Shown: in pieces, positions 31,950 through 39,297 of the stretch
Numbering within the stretch: the stretch's first letter is position 1
Layout of the letters: each line of letters opens with the position of its first letter
Assembly (NCBI GenBank): GCA_035360455.1
Contig: DAOSAR010000002.1
Location: 1-39,297 of the forward strand
From: Candidatus Pacearchaeota archaeon
GTDB taxonomy: Bacteria > Patescibacteriota > Minisyncoccia > Minisyncoccales > GCA-002788555
Reading direction: 5' to 3'
DNA length: 39,297 nt
The notes under the pieces: model-generated
What the model was told of the DNA's origin: nothing
Seen by the model: only the letters and a program-made list of their open reading frames with translations
Database searches by the model: none
Made by a program: the position numbers and the translations under genes

Positions 31950-32687
31950 ATGGCTGAGGAAAATAATGTTTCAGTTTATGATGATAAAAATGCTTTTCTT
32001 TCAATTTATGCTGGAACCGGAGGAAAAGATGCTGAAGATTGGGTAACTATTTTAGCTCGAATGTATCAGCGATATCTTCAAAAAAAAGGATTTAAAATAA
32101 AAGAGATTCAAAAAATATTAGGAGAAGGAGGAATTAAATCGGTTACTTACGAAATAAAAGGAAAAGGAGCTTTCGGGCTTTTAAAAAGAGAAAATGGAGT
32201 TCACCGACTAGTAAGGATTTCACCTTTTTCGGCAAAAAAGCTTCGTCACACTTCATTTGCTTTAGTAGAAGTTTTGCCAGAAATAGATGAAAAGGAAATT
32301 AACTTAAAAGATGAAGATTTAAAAATAGAAACATTTAGGGCTTCTGGAGCTGGAGGGCAATATGTTAATAGGCGAGAATCAGCGGTAAGAATAACTCATA
32401 TTCCAACTGGCTTAAGCGTATCATGTCAATCAGAAAGATTGCAAGGCGAAAATAAAAAAAGAGCTTTGCAAATATTGCAAGCAAAGGTAATTCAATATCA
32501 ACAGGAAAACAAGAAAAAAGAAGCCATTGAAGCACGTGGAGAATTGCCTATCGCTGATTGGGGAAGGCAGATTAGATCTTATGTTTTTCAACCTTATCAG
32601 ATGGTTAAAGATCACCGAACAGGAGTAAAAACTTCAAATTTAAAAGAAGTTTTAGATGGAGACTTGAATCTATTTATTAAAAAATAA
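31950..32687 (+). CDS. prfB: Peptide chain release factor 2 lacking N-terminal domain 1
   Basis: SPF motif (RLVRISPFSAKKLRHTSF) and GGQ motif (FRASGAGGQYVNRRESAVRITHIPTG). The protein is 245 aa and starts at the equivalent of about residue 115 of E. coli RF2. Confidence 0.85.
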   Translation: MAEENNVSVYDDKNAFLSIYAGTGGKDAEDWVTILARMYQRYLQKKGFKIKEIQKILGEGGIKSVTYEIKGKGAFGLLKRENGVHRLVRISPFSAKKLRHTSFALVEVLPEIDEKEINLKDEDLKIETFRASGAGGQYVNRRESAVRITHIPTGLSVSCQSERLQGENKKRALQILQAKVIQYQQENKKKEAIEARGELPIADWGRQIRSYVFQPYQMVKDHRTGVKTSNLKEVLDGDLNLFIKK

Positions 32688-32813
32688 GACGCGATTCTGA
32701 TTTACCAATAACACCCGAATTATCCGAATAATAAATGGATTATCTTAGTTATTCTTTCCTTCGGATCATTCGGATAAAATTCGGATTTTTCGGATCGGTT
32801 TAATTAGGATACT
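32688..32813. repeat. Intergenic inverted word array with CCGAAT words on the left and TTCGGAT words (x4) on the right
   Basis: cccgaattatccgaat ... ttcggatcattcggataaaattcggatttttcggatcgg. ATCCGAAT at 32722-32729 is the exact reverse complement of ATTCGGAT at 32768-32775 and 32779-32786. Confidence 0.7.
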
Positions 32814-33494
32814 ATGATTTATTTTGATAATGTTACAAAAATTTTTCCTAATAATTGTGTTGCTTTGTCTAATGTAAGTTTTGGAGTCTCTGAAGGAGAG
32901 TTTGTTTCCATCGCTGGTAAATCTGGAGCAGGGAAATCAACATTATTGCGTTTGCTTTTAGCTGAAGAAAAACCAACAAATGGCAATATAATGTTTGAGG
33001 ATATAAATGTTAATAAGATAAGCTATTCTTATTTACCTTATTATCGGCGAAAAATAGGAGTGGTATATCAAGATTATAAACTTTTACCTCAAAAAACAGT
33101 TTTTGAAAATGTTGCTTTTGCTCTTGAAATTTTAGGAAAAAGTAATAGTGAAATAAAAAGAATTGTTCCCCAAGCCTTAGATTTAGTAGGCATCTTAGAT
33201 AAAGCTAAAAATTATCCTCGTGAGCTTTCGGGAGGAGAACAACAAAGGGTAGCTTTAGCAAGAGCTATTGTTTTACAACCAAAAGTACTTGTTGCTGATG
33301 AACCAACTGGTAATCTTGATGTTTTGACCACAAAAGAAATAGTAAAATTATTCTTAAAAATTAATCAATTAGGAACAGCAATAATTTTGGCTACTCACAA
33401 TCGAGACATAGTTAATAGCGTTCAGAAAAGAGTAATTGTTTTGGAAAAAGGAAGAATTATAAGAGATGAAGAAAAAGGAAGATATTACCTTTAA
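32814..33494 (+). CDS. ftsE: Cell division ATP-binding protein FtsE
   Basis: Walker A GKSGAGKST, signature LSGGEQQRVALARA, Walker B LVADEPTGNLD. It is followed by ftsX. Confidence 0.9.
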   Translation: MIYFDNVTKIFPNNCVALSNVSFGVSEGEFVSIAGKSGAGKSTLLRLLLAEEKPTNGNIMFEDINVNKISYSYLPYYRRKIGVVYQDYKLLPQKTVFENVAFALEILGKSNSEIKRIVPQALDLVGILDKAKNYPRELSGGEQQRVALARAIVLQPKVLVADEPTGNLDVLTTKEIVKLFLKINQLGTAIILATHNRDIVNSVQKRVIVLEKGRIIRDEEKGRYYL

Positions 33495-33580
33495 TAAAAA
33501 TTTTAAAGCACGAAATTCTAAATTCTAAATTCAAAATTTCAAATTATTTAGGATTTAAAAATTAGGATTTAGAAATTCTT
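33495..33580. repeat. Intergenic inverted word array with TCTAAAT words on the left and ATTTAGG/ATTTAGA words on the right
   Basis: The left arm aaattctaaattctaaattcaaaatttcaaat faces the right arm atttaggatttaaaaattaggatttagaaatt. The right arm's reverse complement matches the left arm at roughly 70% by eye. Confidence 0.65.
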
Positions 33581-33598
33581 TTGCGAAGCAAAAGTTTT

Positions 33599-34507
33599 AT
33601 GTTTACTAATTTTTTTCGAGTTTTTAAATTTGGTTGGCAAGAAGTTTCAAGAAATATCGGAGTTTCTCTTGGAACGATTTTCATTATCTTTGTCGCGGTT
33701 TTTTTAGTAGGAGGAACCTTACTTTTACGAGGAATGACCGAAAATTTAATATCTACTTTACAGTCAAAAGTAGATATTAGTGTTTATTTTAAACTAGATG
33801 TAAAGGAAGAGGATGCTCTTTTAGTAAAAGAAAGAATAGAAAACTTTCCAGAAGTAGAAAAAGTGGAATATGTTTCGAAGGAAGATGCTTTAAAAAGCTT
33901 TAAAGAAAGATATCAAGACAACTCATTAGTAATAGAAAGTTTAAATGAGATAGGCGATAATCCTTTGCCCTCTTCTTTAAATATTCAAGCCACTGAGGCT
34001 TCTTCCTATGAAAATTTGGCAAATTTTTTAGAGAAAGGAGAATTTAAAGATTTAATTGATAAAGTGAATTATCGACAGAATAAAACTATTATTGAACGAC
34101 TTTTTTCTATTTCTAATAATATAAAAGAAGGAGGATTTATTATTAGTATTATTTTAGTTATAATTGCTGTCCTTGTTACGTTTAACACTATTAGATTAGC
34201 GATATATTCAAAACGGGAAGAAATTGAAACAATGAAGTTACTCGGGGCTACTAATTGGTTTGTGCGTGGACCATTTTTAATTCAAGGATTAATTACTGGT
34301 CTTCTTGCTGGCTTAATTTCATTTCTTTTATTTTTCGTTATTGATCACAGCATTTCGCCAGGAAGTTTTGGCATTTTTGGAGAACTAGGAATTTTAAGTT
34401 TTTTTGAAGAAAATATTTTGCTTTTTCTCTTGATTGAAATTGGTGGGGGAGTTATAATCAGTATGTTTGCTACTTTATTAGCTACTCAAAAATACCTTAA
34501 GGTTTAA
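33599..34507 (+). CDS. ftsX: Cell division permease-like protein FtsX
   Basis: The track ORF starts at a TTG at 33581, but ATG at 33599 is preferred. The periplasmic domain carries NPLPSSLNI, and the C-terminal part has four TM segments with TIRLAIYSKREEIETMKLLGATNWFVRGPF. Confidence 0.85.
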   Translation: MFTNFFRVFKFGWQEVSRNIGVSLGTIFIIFVAVFLVGGTLLLRGMTENLISTLQSKVDISVYFKLDVKEEDALLVKERIENFPEVEKVEYVSKEDALKSFKERYQDNSLVIESLNEIGDNPLPSSLNIQATEASSYENLANFLEKGEFKDLIDKVNYRQNKTIIERLFSISNNIKEGGFIISIILVIIAVLVTFNTIRLAIYSKREEIETMKLLGATNWFVRGPFLIQGLITGLLAGLISFLLFFVIDHSISPGSFGIFGELGILSFFEENILLFLLIEIGGGVIISMFATLLATQKYLKV

Positions 34508-34525
34508 ACCTTAAGGTATTTTTTA
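34493..34525. terminator. Bidirectional terminator between the convergent ftsX and rpsR
   Basis: 11-bp stem TACCTTAAGGT-ttaa-ACCTTAAGGTA followed by TTTTTTATT. An A-run on the other side serves the minus strand. Confidence 0.75.
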
Positions 34526-34549
34526 TTGAAAAATTAAAAACTAAACTTA

Positions 34550-34744
34550 TTAATCTTTAATATAAGGTAATATAGCCATCTCTCTTGCTTTTTTGATGGC
34601 ATTTTTTAATTGGCGCTGATGTTTTGCACAGGTTTTTGTTTTTTCTCGTGGTTTGATTTTACCTGAAGCAGAGATATAGCGGGAAAGTAATCTCCCGTTT
34701 TTCCAATCAATTTCTTTTATATTTCTTTGACAAAAATAACACAT
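34550..34744 (-). CDS. rpsR: 30S ribosomal protein S18
   Basis: CYFCQRNIKEIDWKNGRLLSRYISASGKIKPREKTKTCAKHQRQLKNAIKKAREMAILPY. Confidence 0.9.
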   Translation of the reverse strand: MCYFCQRNIKEIDWKNGRLLSRYISASGKIKPREKTKTCAKHQRQLKNAIKKAREMAILPYIKD

Positions 34745-34793
34745 AAAATTTTTACTTTATAATTAGAATCATCAGGATTTAGGATTTATATTT

Positions 34794-35246
34794 TTACAGT
34801 GGTAAATCTTTTACATCTATTTCTTCTTCCTCTATCGTTGGAATATCTTCTTCTTTAATTTCCGGTTTTGGCTTTTTAGACTCAGGATTTTCTCTTAATT
34901 GAGAATTAGAGGAAGATTGATTTTTAGGCCCTAGTTGCAAACTTTCTACTATTATTTCTGTTCTATATTTTTTAATTCCATCTTTGTCTTGCCAATTTCT
35001 TGTTTGAAGTCGTCCTTCAATTAAAACTAGCGATCCTTGTTTTAAATATTGAGTTGCAGTTTCAGCTAATTTTCCAAAAGCAACCACATTATGAAATTCT
35101 GTTTGTTCTTGTTTTTCTCTGTTTTTATCATAAAATATTCGATTAGTAGCTACTCCAAAATTAGTAACTGTTTGACCAGAGGGAAGAGATTTTATTTGTG
35201 GGTCTTGAGTAACCCGTCCTAAAATAAAAACTTTATTCAAATTCAT
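34794..35246 (-). CDS. ssb: Single-stranded DNA-binding protein
   Basis: MNLNKVFILGRVTQDPQIKSLPSGQTVTNFGVATNR... is an OB fold, and the tail is acidic. The track's TTG start at 35285 runs into a GC-rich hairpin and is rejected. Confidence 0.88.
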   Translation of the reverse strand: MNLNKVFILGRVTQDPQIKSLPSGQTVTNFGVATNRIFYDKNREKQEQTEFHNVVAFGKLAETATQYLKQGSLVLIEGRLQTRNWQDKDGIKKYRTEIIVESLQLGPKNQSSSNSQLRENPESKKPKPEIKEEDIPTIEEEEIDVKDLPL

Positions 35247-35447
35247 ATACGCGAGCCCCGCTCCGCAGAGCGGAGCGAAGTTCAATGAATTAAATATTCA
35301 TTTCACCGAGCTCACTACGTTCGCTCGAGCGTGGAGATGAAGGTAAACTCCGGCCCCTCACCCTCCTCGAAGAAGGTGAGGGGAAAGGGCGAAGACAAAA
35401 ACAAAGTTTTTGTGGAGCCCTGAAGGAGGTAAACTTCATCGACTTAT
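35247..35447 (-). other. GC-rich multi-hairpin spacer of about 200 nt inside the rpsF-ssb-rpsR operon (candidate structured RNA)
   Basis: Plus-strand hairpins are CGCTCCGC-aga-GCGGAGCG, AATGAAT-taaat-ATTCATT, CGAGC...GCTCG, CCCCTCACC-ctcctcgaagaa-GGTGAGGGG and ACAAAAAC-aaa-GTTTTTGT. An outer pair GATGAAG...CTTCATC is also present. There is no ORF. Confidence 0.35.
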
Positions 35448-35855
35448 TTATTTAAGTAATTCGTCTAATTTTTTATCTAATTCTTCAATTTTAACTTTTT
35501 CTTTTTTAACTTTTTTCTTAGTTTCTTCTAAGAATGGTTTTCGTCTTATTTTTTTAGGATGAGCTTCTTTTTCTTTCTTTTCTTTTTTCTCAAGAAGTGT
35601 TCTTAAAATATTTCCTTCCATTTTTAAGAATTGAGAAAGTTCTTTTATCTTTTCGGGTTCCATTTCAAAAATTATTACTCCTAAAAATCCTTCTAAATGT
35701 TTTTTTACAGGATAAGCAAAAATTTTCTTTTCAATGAATTGTTCTTCAATCTTGCCATTTAATTTTTTAATTTCATCATTGATTTTTTTTAAAAATTTCT
35801 CTCTTTCTCTTATTTCTAAATTTGGAGTTAAAAAAGCTAATTCGTAGTAAAACAT
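35448..35855 (-). CDS. rpsF: 30S ribosomal protein S6 with a Lys-rich C-terminal extension
   Basis: MFYYELAFLTPNLEIRERE...FAYPVKKHLEGF is the bS6 pattern. The start was moved from the track's 35903 to the ATG at 35855. Confidence 0.85.
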   Translation of the reverse strand: MFYYELAFLTPNLEIREREKFLKKINDEIKKLNGKIEEQFIEKKIFAYPVKKHLEGFLGVIIFEMEPEKIKELSQFLKMEGNILRTLLEKKEKKEKEAHPKKIRRKPFLEETKKKVKKEKVKIEELDKKLDELLK

Positions 35856-36062
35856 ATATTTTATAAGCGACACTAATATTACGAATTTATTCGAATTTAC
35901 CATTATATTTGTTCATATCGTAAGTTGGCGTCAGTTAATTTTTATTATAGCAAAGAGAGATAAATTTATCAAGAGAACTTTAAAAAGAAAAAAAATAGAG
36001 TTTTTTAAGAATATAATTGTTGAAATTTTGAAAGAAAAGTTTAAACAAGAAATTTTTATTTT

Positions 36063-36090
36063 TTGATTTTGGTATAAAATTTGATATAAT
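36063..36090 (+). promoter_or_regulatory. Promoter candidate for ileS (extended -10)
   Basis: TTGATT, a 16-nt spacer, then TGaTATAAT (36082-36090). Confidence 0.45.
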
Positions 36091-36110
36091 CTTAATTCAC
36101 AAATTTTTAT

Positions 36111-39100
36111 ATGGAATTTAACTTACCAAAAGAAGAGAAAAAAATTCTTAATTTCTGGGAAGAGGAGAAAATTTTTCAAAGCAGCCTTCAGAAGACAAAA
36201 GGAAAACCTAATTTTGTTTTTTATGAAGGACCTCCTGGAGCAAATGGGAGGCCTGGCCTTCATCATATTTTATCGCGCAGCTATAAAGATATTATTTGTC
36301 GCTATAAAACGATGAAAGGTTTTTATGTTGAAAGAAGAGCTGGTTGGGATACTCATGGTTTACCGGTAGAGTTAGAAGTTGAAAAACAGCTTCAAATTAA
36401 AACAAAGCAAGACATTGAAAAATTTGGAATTGATAAATTCATTGAAAACTGTCAAAACCTTGTTTGGCGTTACAAAGCAGAATGGGAAAAAGTGACCGAA
36501 GAAATTGGTTTTTGGCTTGATTTTGAAAATGCCTATATTACTTATGACCCACTTTATATTGAAAGTTTGTGGTACATAATAAAAGAAATTTACAAGAAAG
36601 GACTTTTGTATGAAGATAAAAAAGCCGTTCCTTGGTGTCCACGATGTCAAACTTCTTTATCATCTCATGAGGTTGCTTTAGGATATCAAAAAGTAAAAGA
36701 TCGAGCAATTTATGTAAAATTTCAAATTGCCGAACCTTGTGAAGCAAGGCGAGACGTGAAAAGAGGTAAAATCTCATTGAATTCCAAGTTTCAATTTTTA
36801 AATACTTATTTTCTTGCTTGGACGACCACTCCTTGGACCTTACCAGGAAATATGGCCTTAGCAGTAAATCCTGATATTGATTATGTATTAGTTGAAGCGG
36901 ACTTACTCGGATTAGCGAAAAAGAATAAAGATCAATATATCTTAGCTAAATCAAGATTAAAAGAAATTTTTCAGGAAAATGACTATAAAATTCTTAAAGA
37001 ATTAAAAGGTAAAGAGTTAATTGGTTTAGAATATAAACCACCTTATCCTACGCCTGATATTAAAAATCAATCAGCAAATATTTATCACGTTGTGGCTGGT
37101 AACTTTGTTTCTACAGAAGAAGGAACAGGAATTGTTCATATTTCCCCTGCTTTTGGAGAAGATGATTTTAGAGTAGGAAAAGAAAATAATTTATCTCCAT
37201 TGGTAACTGTAAATGAAGATGGCACAATGAAAAAAGGAGTTATTGGAGAGGGAAAATTTATTAAAGAAGCAGAACCAATAATTATTGAAGAATTAAAAAA
37301 ACGGAATTTGATTTTTAAAGAAGAGTTGTACGAACATGATTATCCGTTTTGCTGGCGTTGTAAAACTCCACTTTTGTATTACTTACACACATCTTGGTTT
37401 TTTGCCATAGAAAAGATTAAAGAAAAATTAATTCAAAATAATCAAAAAGTAAATTGGATTCCTCCTTATATAAAGAAAGGAAGATTTGGTAAATGGTTAG
37501 AAGAAGGCAGAGATTGGAATTTTTCTCGAGAAAGATATTGGGGAACACCCTTGCCAATCTGGAAATGCAAAAATTGTCAAAAAGTTGAATTAATTGGTTC
37601 AAGAGAAGATTTAAGAAAAGAAAAATTTTCCACTAATAGATATTTTATCTTAAGACACGGATTAGCAAAGCAAAATATTAATGGAATAGTAAATTCTTCT
37701 CCGGAGGAAAATTTTCCCTTAACCCAAAAAGGAAAATCTCAAGCTAAAAAAGCTGTTTTAAAATTAAAAAAATTATTAGACTCGTCTTGTCAAAGCCCTC
37801 GGCGTAACACAGGCAAAGAAAAATTAGATATTATTTTTTCTTCCGATCTTCAAAGATGCAAAGAAACAGCAGAAATTATTTCTAATGAATTAGGAGCTAA
37901 AATTATTTTTTCTTCAGAACTTCGAGACCTAAATTTTGGAGAGTATAATGGTAAGAGCATTATGCAATATAGAAAAGATTTTCCTTATGACCTTTCAAGA
38001 TTTCAAAAACGTTTGCCTGGCGGAGAAAGTTGGAATGATTGTAAAAAAAGAATGATAAAATTTATAGAAAAAATCGAAAAAAAATACCAAAATAAAAATA
38101 TTTTAATTATTAGTCATGGCGATCCTTTATGGCTGTTGGAAGGAGCGATGAAGGGATTAACTAATGAAGAAATACTAAATTCAAGAAAAAAAATGATAGA
38201 CAAAGGAGAATTAAGAGAAATTGAGTTTAAAAAATTTCCCTATAATAAAAAAGGAGAACTTGATTTCCACCGGCCTTTTGTTGATGAAATAAATTTTTAT
38301 TGTCCGTATTGTCAAAAAGAAAAAATGCAAAGAGTGAAAGAGGTTGGTGATGTTTGGTTTGATTCCGGCGCGATGCCCTTTGGTCAAGCTCATTGGCCAT
38401 TTAGTCAACCCAAAAGTCAAAGATTAAAACCACCAGAATTATTCCCTGCAGATTTTATTTGTGAAGGAGTAGATCAAACAAGAGGGTGGTTTTACACATT
38501 ATTAGCAGTTTCTTCACTCCTCTTAGGATTTCCCGCTCCGTATAAAAATGTTTTAGTTTTAGGTTTGCTTCTTGATAAGGAAGGCAAAAAGATGTCGAAA
38601 TCAAGGGGAAATGCAGTTTTTCCAGAAGAAATGATTCAAAAATATGGAGCTGACACTATCCGATTTTACTTTTTTACAATTAACCAGCCATGGGAGTCAA
38701 AAAAATTTGATGAAAAAGATTTAAGAAAAACCTATAATCGCTTTATTTTAACAATCGAAAATTTACTTAACTTTCTTTTAACTTATACAAATACAAAAAC
38801 AAAAAAGCTAAAAACTGTTTCTTTAAAGAAAGAAATTTTAGATAACTGGATTTTATCAAAAATAGAAAATTTAAAGAAAGAAATAGATGATCTTTTATCT
38901 AATTATAAAATAGTTGAAGCTGCAAGATTAATCGAAAAATTTACTATCGAAGATCTCTCCAATTGGTATTTAAGAAGATCAAGATATCGGCTAAAGAAGG
39001 GTGATAAAAACGCTATTGCTACGTTTAGTTATGTGCTCTTTAATCTTTCCTTAATCTTAGCTCCATTTACTCCATTTTTAAGTGAGGAAGTCTATCAAAA

Positions 39101-39297
39101 AGTTACGGGATCAAATTTCAAAAGTAAAAAATCAGTTCATTTAGAAAAGTTTCCTGAAGTAAGAAAAGATTTTATTAATAAGGAATTAGAAGAAAAGATG
39201 GGAAAAACAAGAGAAATTATTACCCTGGGACTTTCTGAGAGAAAAAAAGCAGGAATAAAAGTAAGACAACCAATCGCTTCGCTTAAAATTAAAAATC
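36111..39297 (+). CDS. ileS: Isoleucyl-tRNA synthetase (type 2-like), 3'-truncated by the window end
   Basis: It is not in the ORF track because it has no stop in the window. My own translation gives MEFNLPKEEKKILNFWEEEKIF...YEGPPGANGRPGLHHILSRSYKD...AGWDTHGLPVELEVEK...WTTTPWTLPGN...GTGIVHISPAFGEDD...RERYWGTPLPIWKCKNC...DVWFDSGAMPF...GVDQTRGWFYTLL...KMSKSRGN. The absence of any plus-strand ORF fragment of 60 aa or more in the track here is consistent with one continuous frame. Confidence 0.93.
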   Translation, partial: MEFNLPKEEKKILNFWEEEKIFQSSLQKTKGKPNFVFYEGPPGANGRPGLHHILSRSYKDIICRYKTMKGFYVERRAGWDTHGLPVELEVEKQLQIKTKQDIEKFGIDKFIENCQNLVWRYKAEWEKVTEEIGFWLDFENAYITYDPLYIESLWYIIKEIYKKGLLYEDKKAVPWCPRCQTSLSSHEVALGYQKVKDRAIYVKFQIAEPCEARRDVKRGKISLNSKFQFLNTYFLAWTTTPWTLPGNMALAVNPDIDYVLVEADLLGLAKKNKDQYILAKSRLKEIFQENDYKILKELKGKELIGLEYKPPYPTPDIKNQSANIYHVVAGNFVSTEEGTGIVHISPAFGEDDFRVGKENNLSPLVTVNEDGTMKKGVIGEGKFIKEAEPIIIEELKKRNLIFKEELYEHDYPFCWRCKTPLLYYLHTSWFFAIEKIKEKLIQNNQKVNWIPPYIKKGRFGKWLEEGRDWNFSRERYWGTPLPIWKCKNCQKVELIGSREDLRKEKFSTNRYFILRHGLAKQNINGIVNSSPEENFPLTQKGKSQAKKAVLKLKKLLDSSCQSPRRNTGKEKLDIIFSSDLQRCKETAEIISNELGAKIIFSSELRDLNFGEYNGKSIMQYRKDFPYDLSRFQKRLPGGESWNDCKKRMIKFIEKIEKKYQNKNILIISHGDPLWLLEGAMKGLTNEEILNSRKKMIDKGELREIEFKKFPYNKKGELDFHRPFVDEINFYCPYCQKEKMQRVKEVGDVWFDSGAMPFGQAHWPFSQPKSQRLKPPELFPADFICEGVDQTRGWFYTLLAVSSLLLGFPAPYKNVLVLGLLLDKEGKKMSKSRGNAVFPEEMIQKYGADTIRFYFFTINQPWESKKFDEKDLRKTYNRFILTIENLLNFLLTYTNTKTKKLKTVSLKKEILDNWILSKIENLKKEIDDLLSNYKIVEAARLIEKFTIEDLSNWYLRRSRYRLKKGDKNAIATFSYVLFNLSLILAPFTPFLSEEVYQKVTGSNFKSKKSVHLEKFPEVRKDFINKELEEKMGKTREIITLGLSERKKAGIKVRQPIASLKIKN
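36720..36802 (+). repeat. In-frame tract of about 83 nt shared with gatA (21573..21655)
   Basis: See the gatA copy. The tract lies in the variable loop between YVKF and WTTTPWTLP. Confidence 0.8.
37638..38180 (+). other. Histidine-phosphatase (PGAM-like) domain inserted within IleRS
   Basis: RYFILRHGLAKQN (RHG), IIFSSDLQRCKETAE, ELRDLNFGEYNG, LPGGESWNDCKKR and ILIISHGDPLWLL (second His). The domain is in frame between ...ELIGSREDL and ELDFHRPFVDE..., which are only about a dozen residues apart in the T. thermophilus IleRS as I remember it. Confidence 0.75.

Noticed and set aside
36372-38420. Five small minus-strand ORFs (36372..36650, 36538..36777, 37417..37602, 38211..38420), the only track entries in this region
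   Set aside because: The plus strand encodes a continuous IleRS that the track omits because it has no stop in the window. The minus-strand ORFs are shadows.
1-39297. Alternative genetic code with UGA as a sense codon (as in Gracilibacteria/Absconditabacteria)
   Set aside because: All long conserved genes are intact under the standard code with no in-frame TGA. UGA is unused here, not reassigned.
1-39297. Prophage, integrative element or defence island
   Set aside because: I recognised no integrase, transposase, recombinase, restriction-modification, toxin-antitoxin or phage structural genes. The window is core housekeeping plus a surface-protein locus.

Overview
This is an AT-rich, gene-dense bacterial window made almost entirely of housekeeping genes. 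The content looks like a Patescibacteria/CPR (Parcubacteria-like) chromosome, though that placement is inference only. Supporting features are short versions of core enzymes, pilin-like/LamG surface proteins, an archaeal-type AspRS with GatC/GatA, secE-nusG-rplK with no rplA, and a sigma-region-4/HARE-HTH protein.

I call about 37 CDS. One is a partial isoleucyl-tRNA synthetase at 36111..39297 that is missing from the ORF track because it runs off the window. I also call 3 tRNAs (Glu-UUC, Arg-GCG, Thr-CGU), an RNase P RNA on the minus strand (29924..30322), several near-consensus sigma70-type promoters and several hairpin terminators. I saw no CRISPR array, transposase, integrase or rRNA.

The observations most worth a second look are:
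1. A membrane ICMT/PEMT-like methyltransferase domain is fused to a sortase. It is divergently transcribed from a surface protein that ends in a VPTTG sorting signal.
2. A complete histidine-phosphatase (PGAM-like) domain is inserted in frame inside IleRS.
3. An in-frame tract of about 83 nt and about 80% identity is shared by the unrelated genes gatA and ileS.
4. Several co-directional intergenic spacers carry tandem short words on the left and their reverse complements on the right, with a different word in each spacer.
5. RF2 lacks its whole N-terminal domain 1, and none of the 36 stop codons in the window is TGA.
6. Two mreB paralogs flank a ProRS that lacks the INS editing domain, and they share a 66-bp perfectly identical tract.
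7. Two GC-rich structured non-coding elements lie at 10256..10375 and 35247..35447.

All homology calls come from motif recognition by eye. No database search was run.
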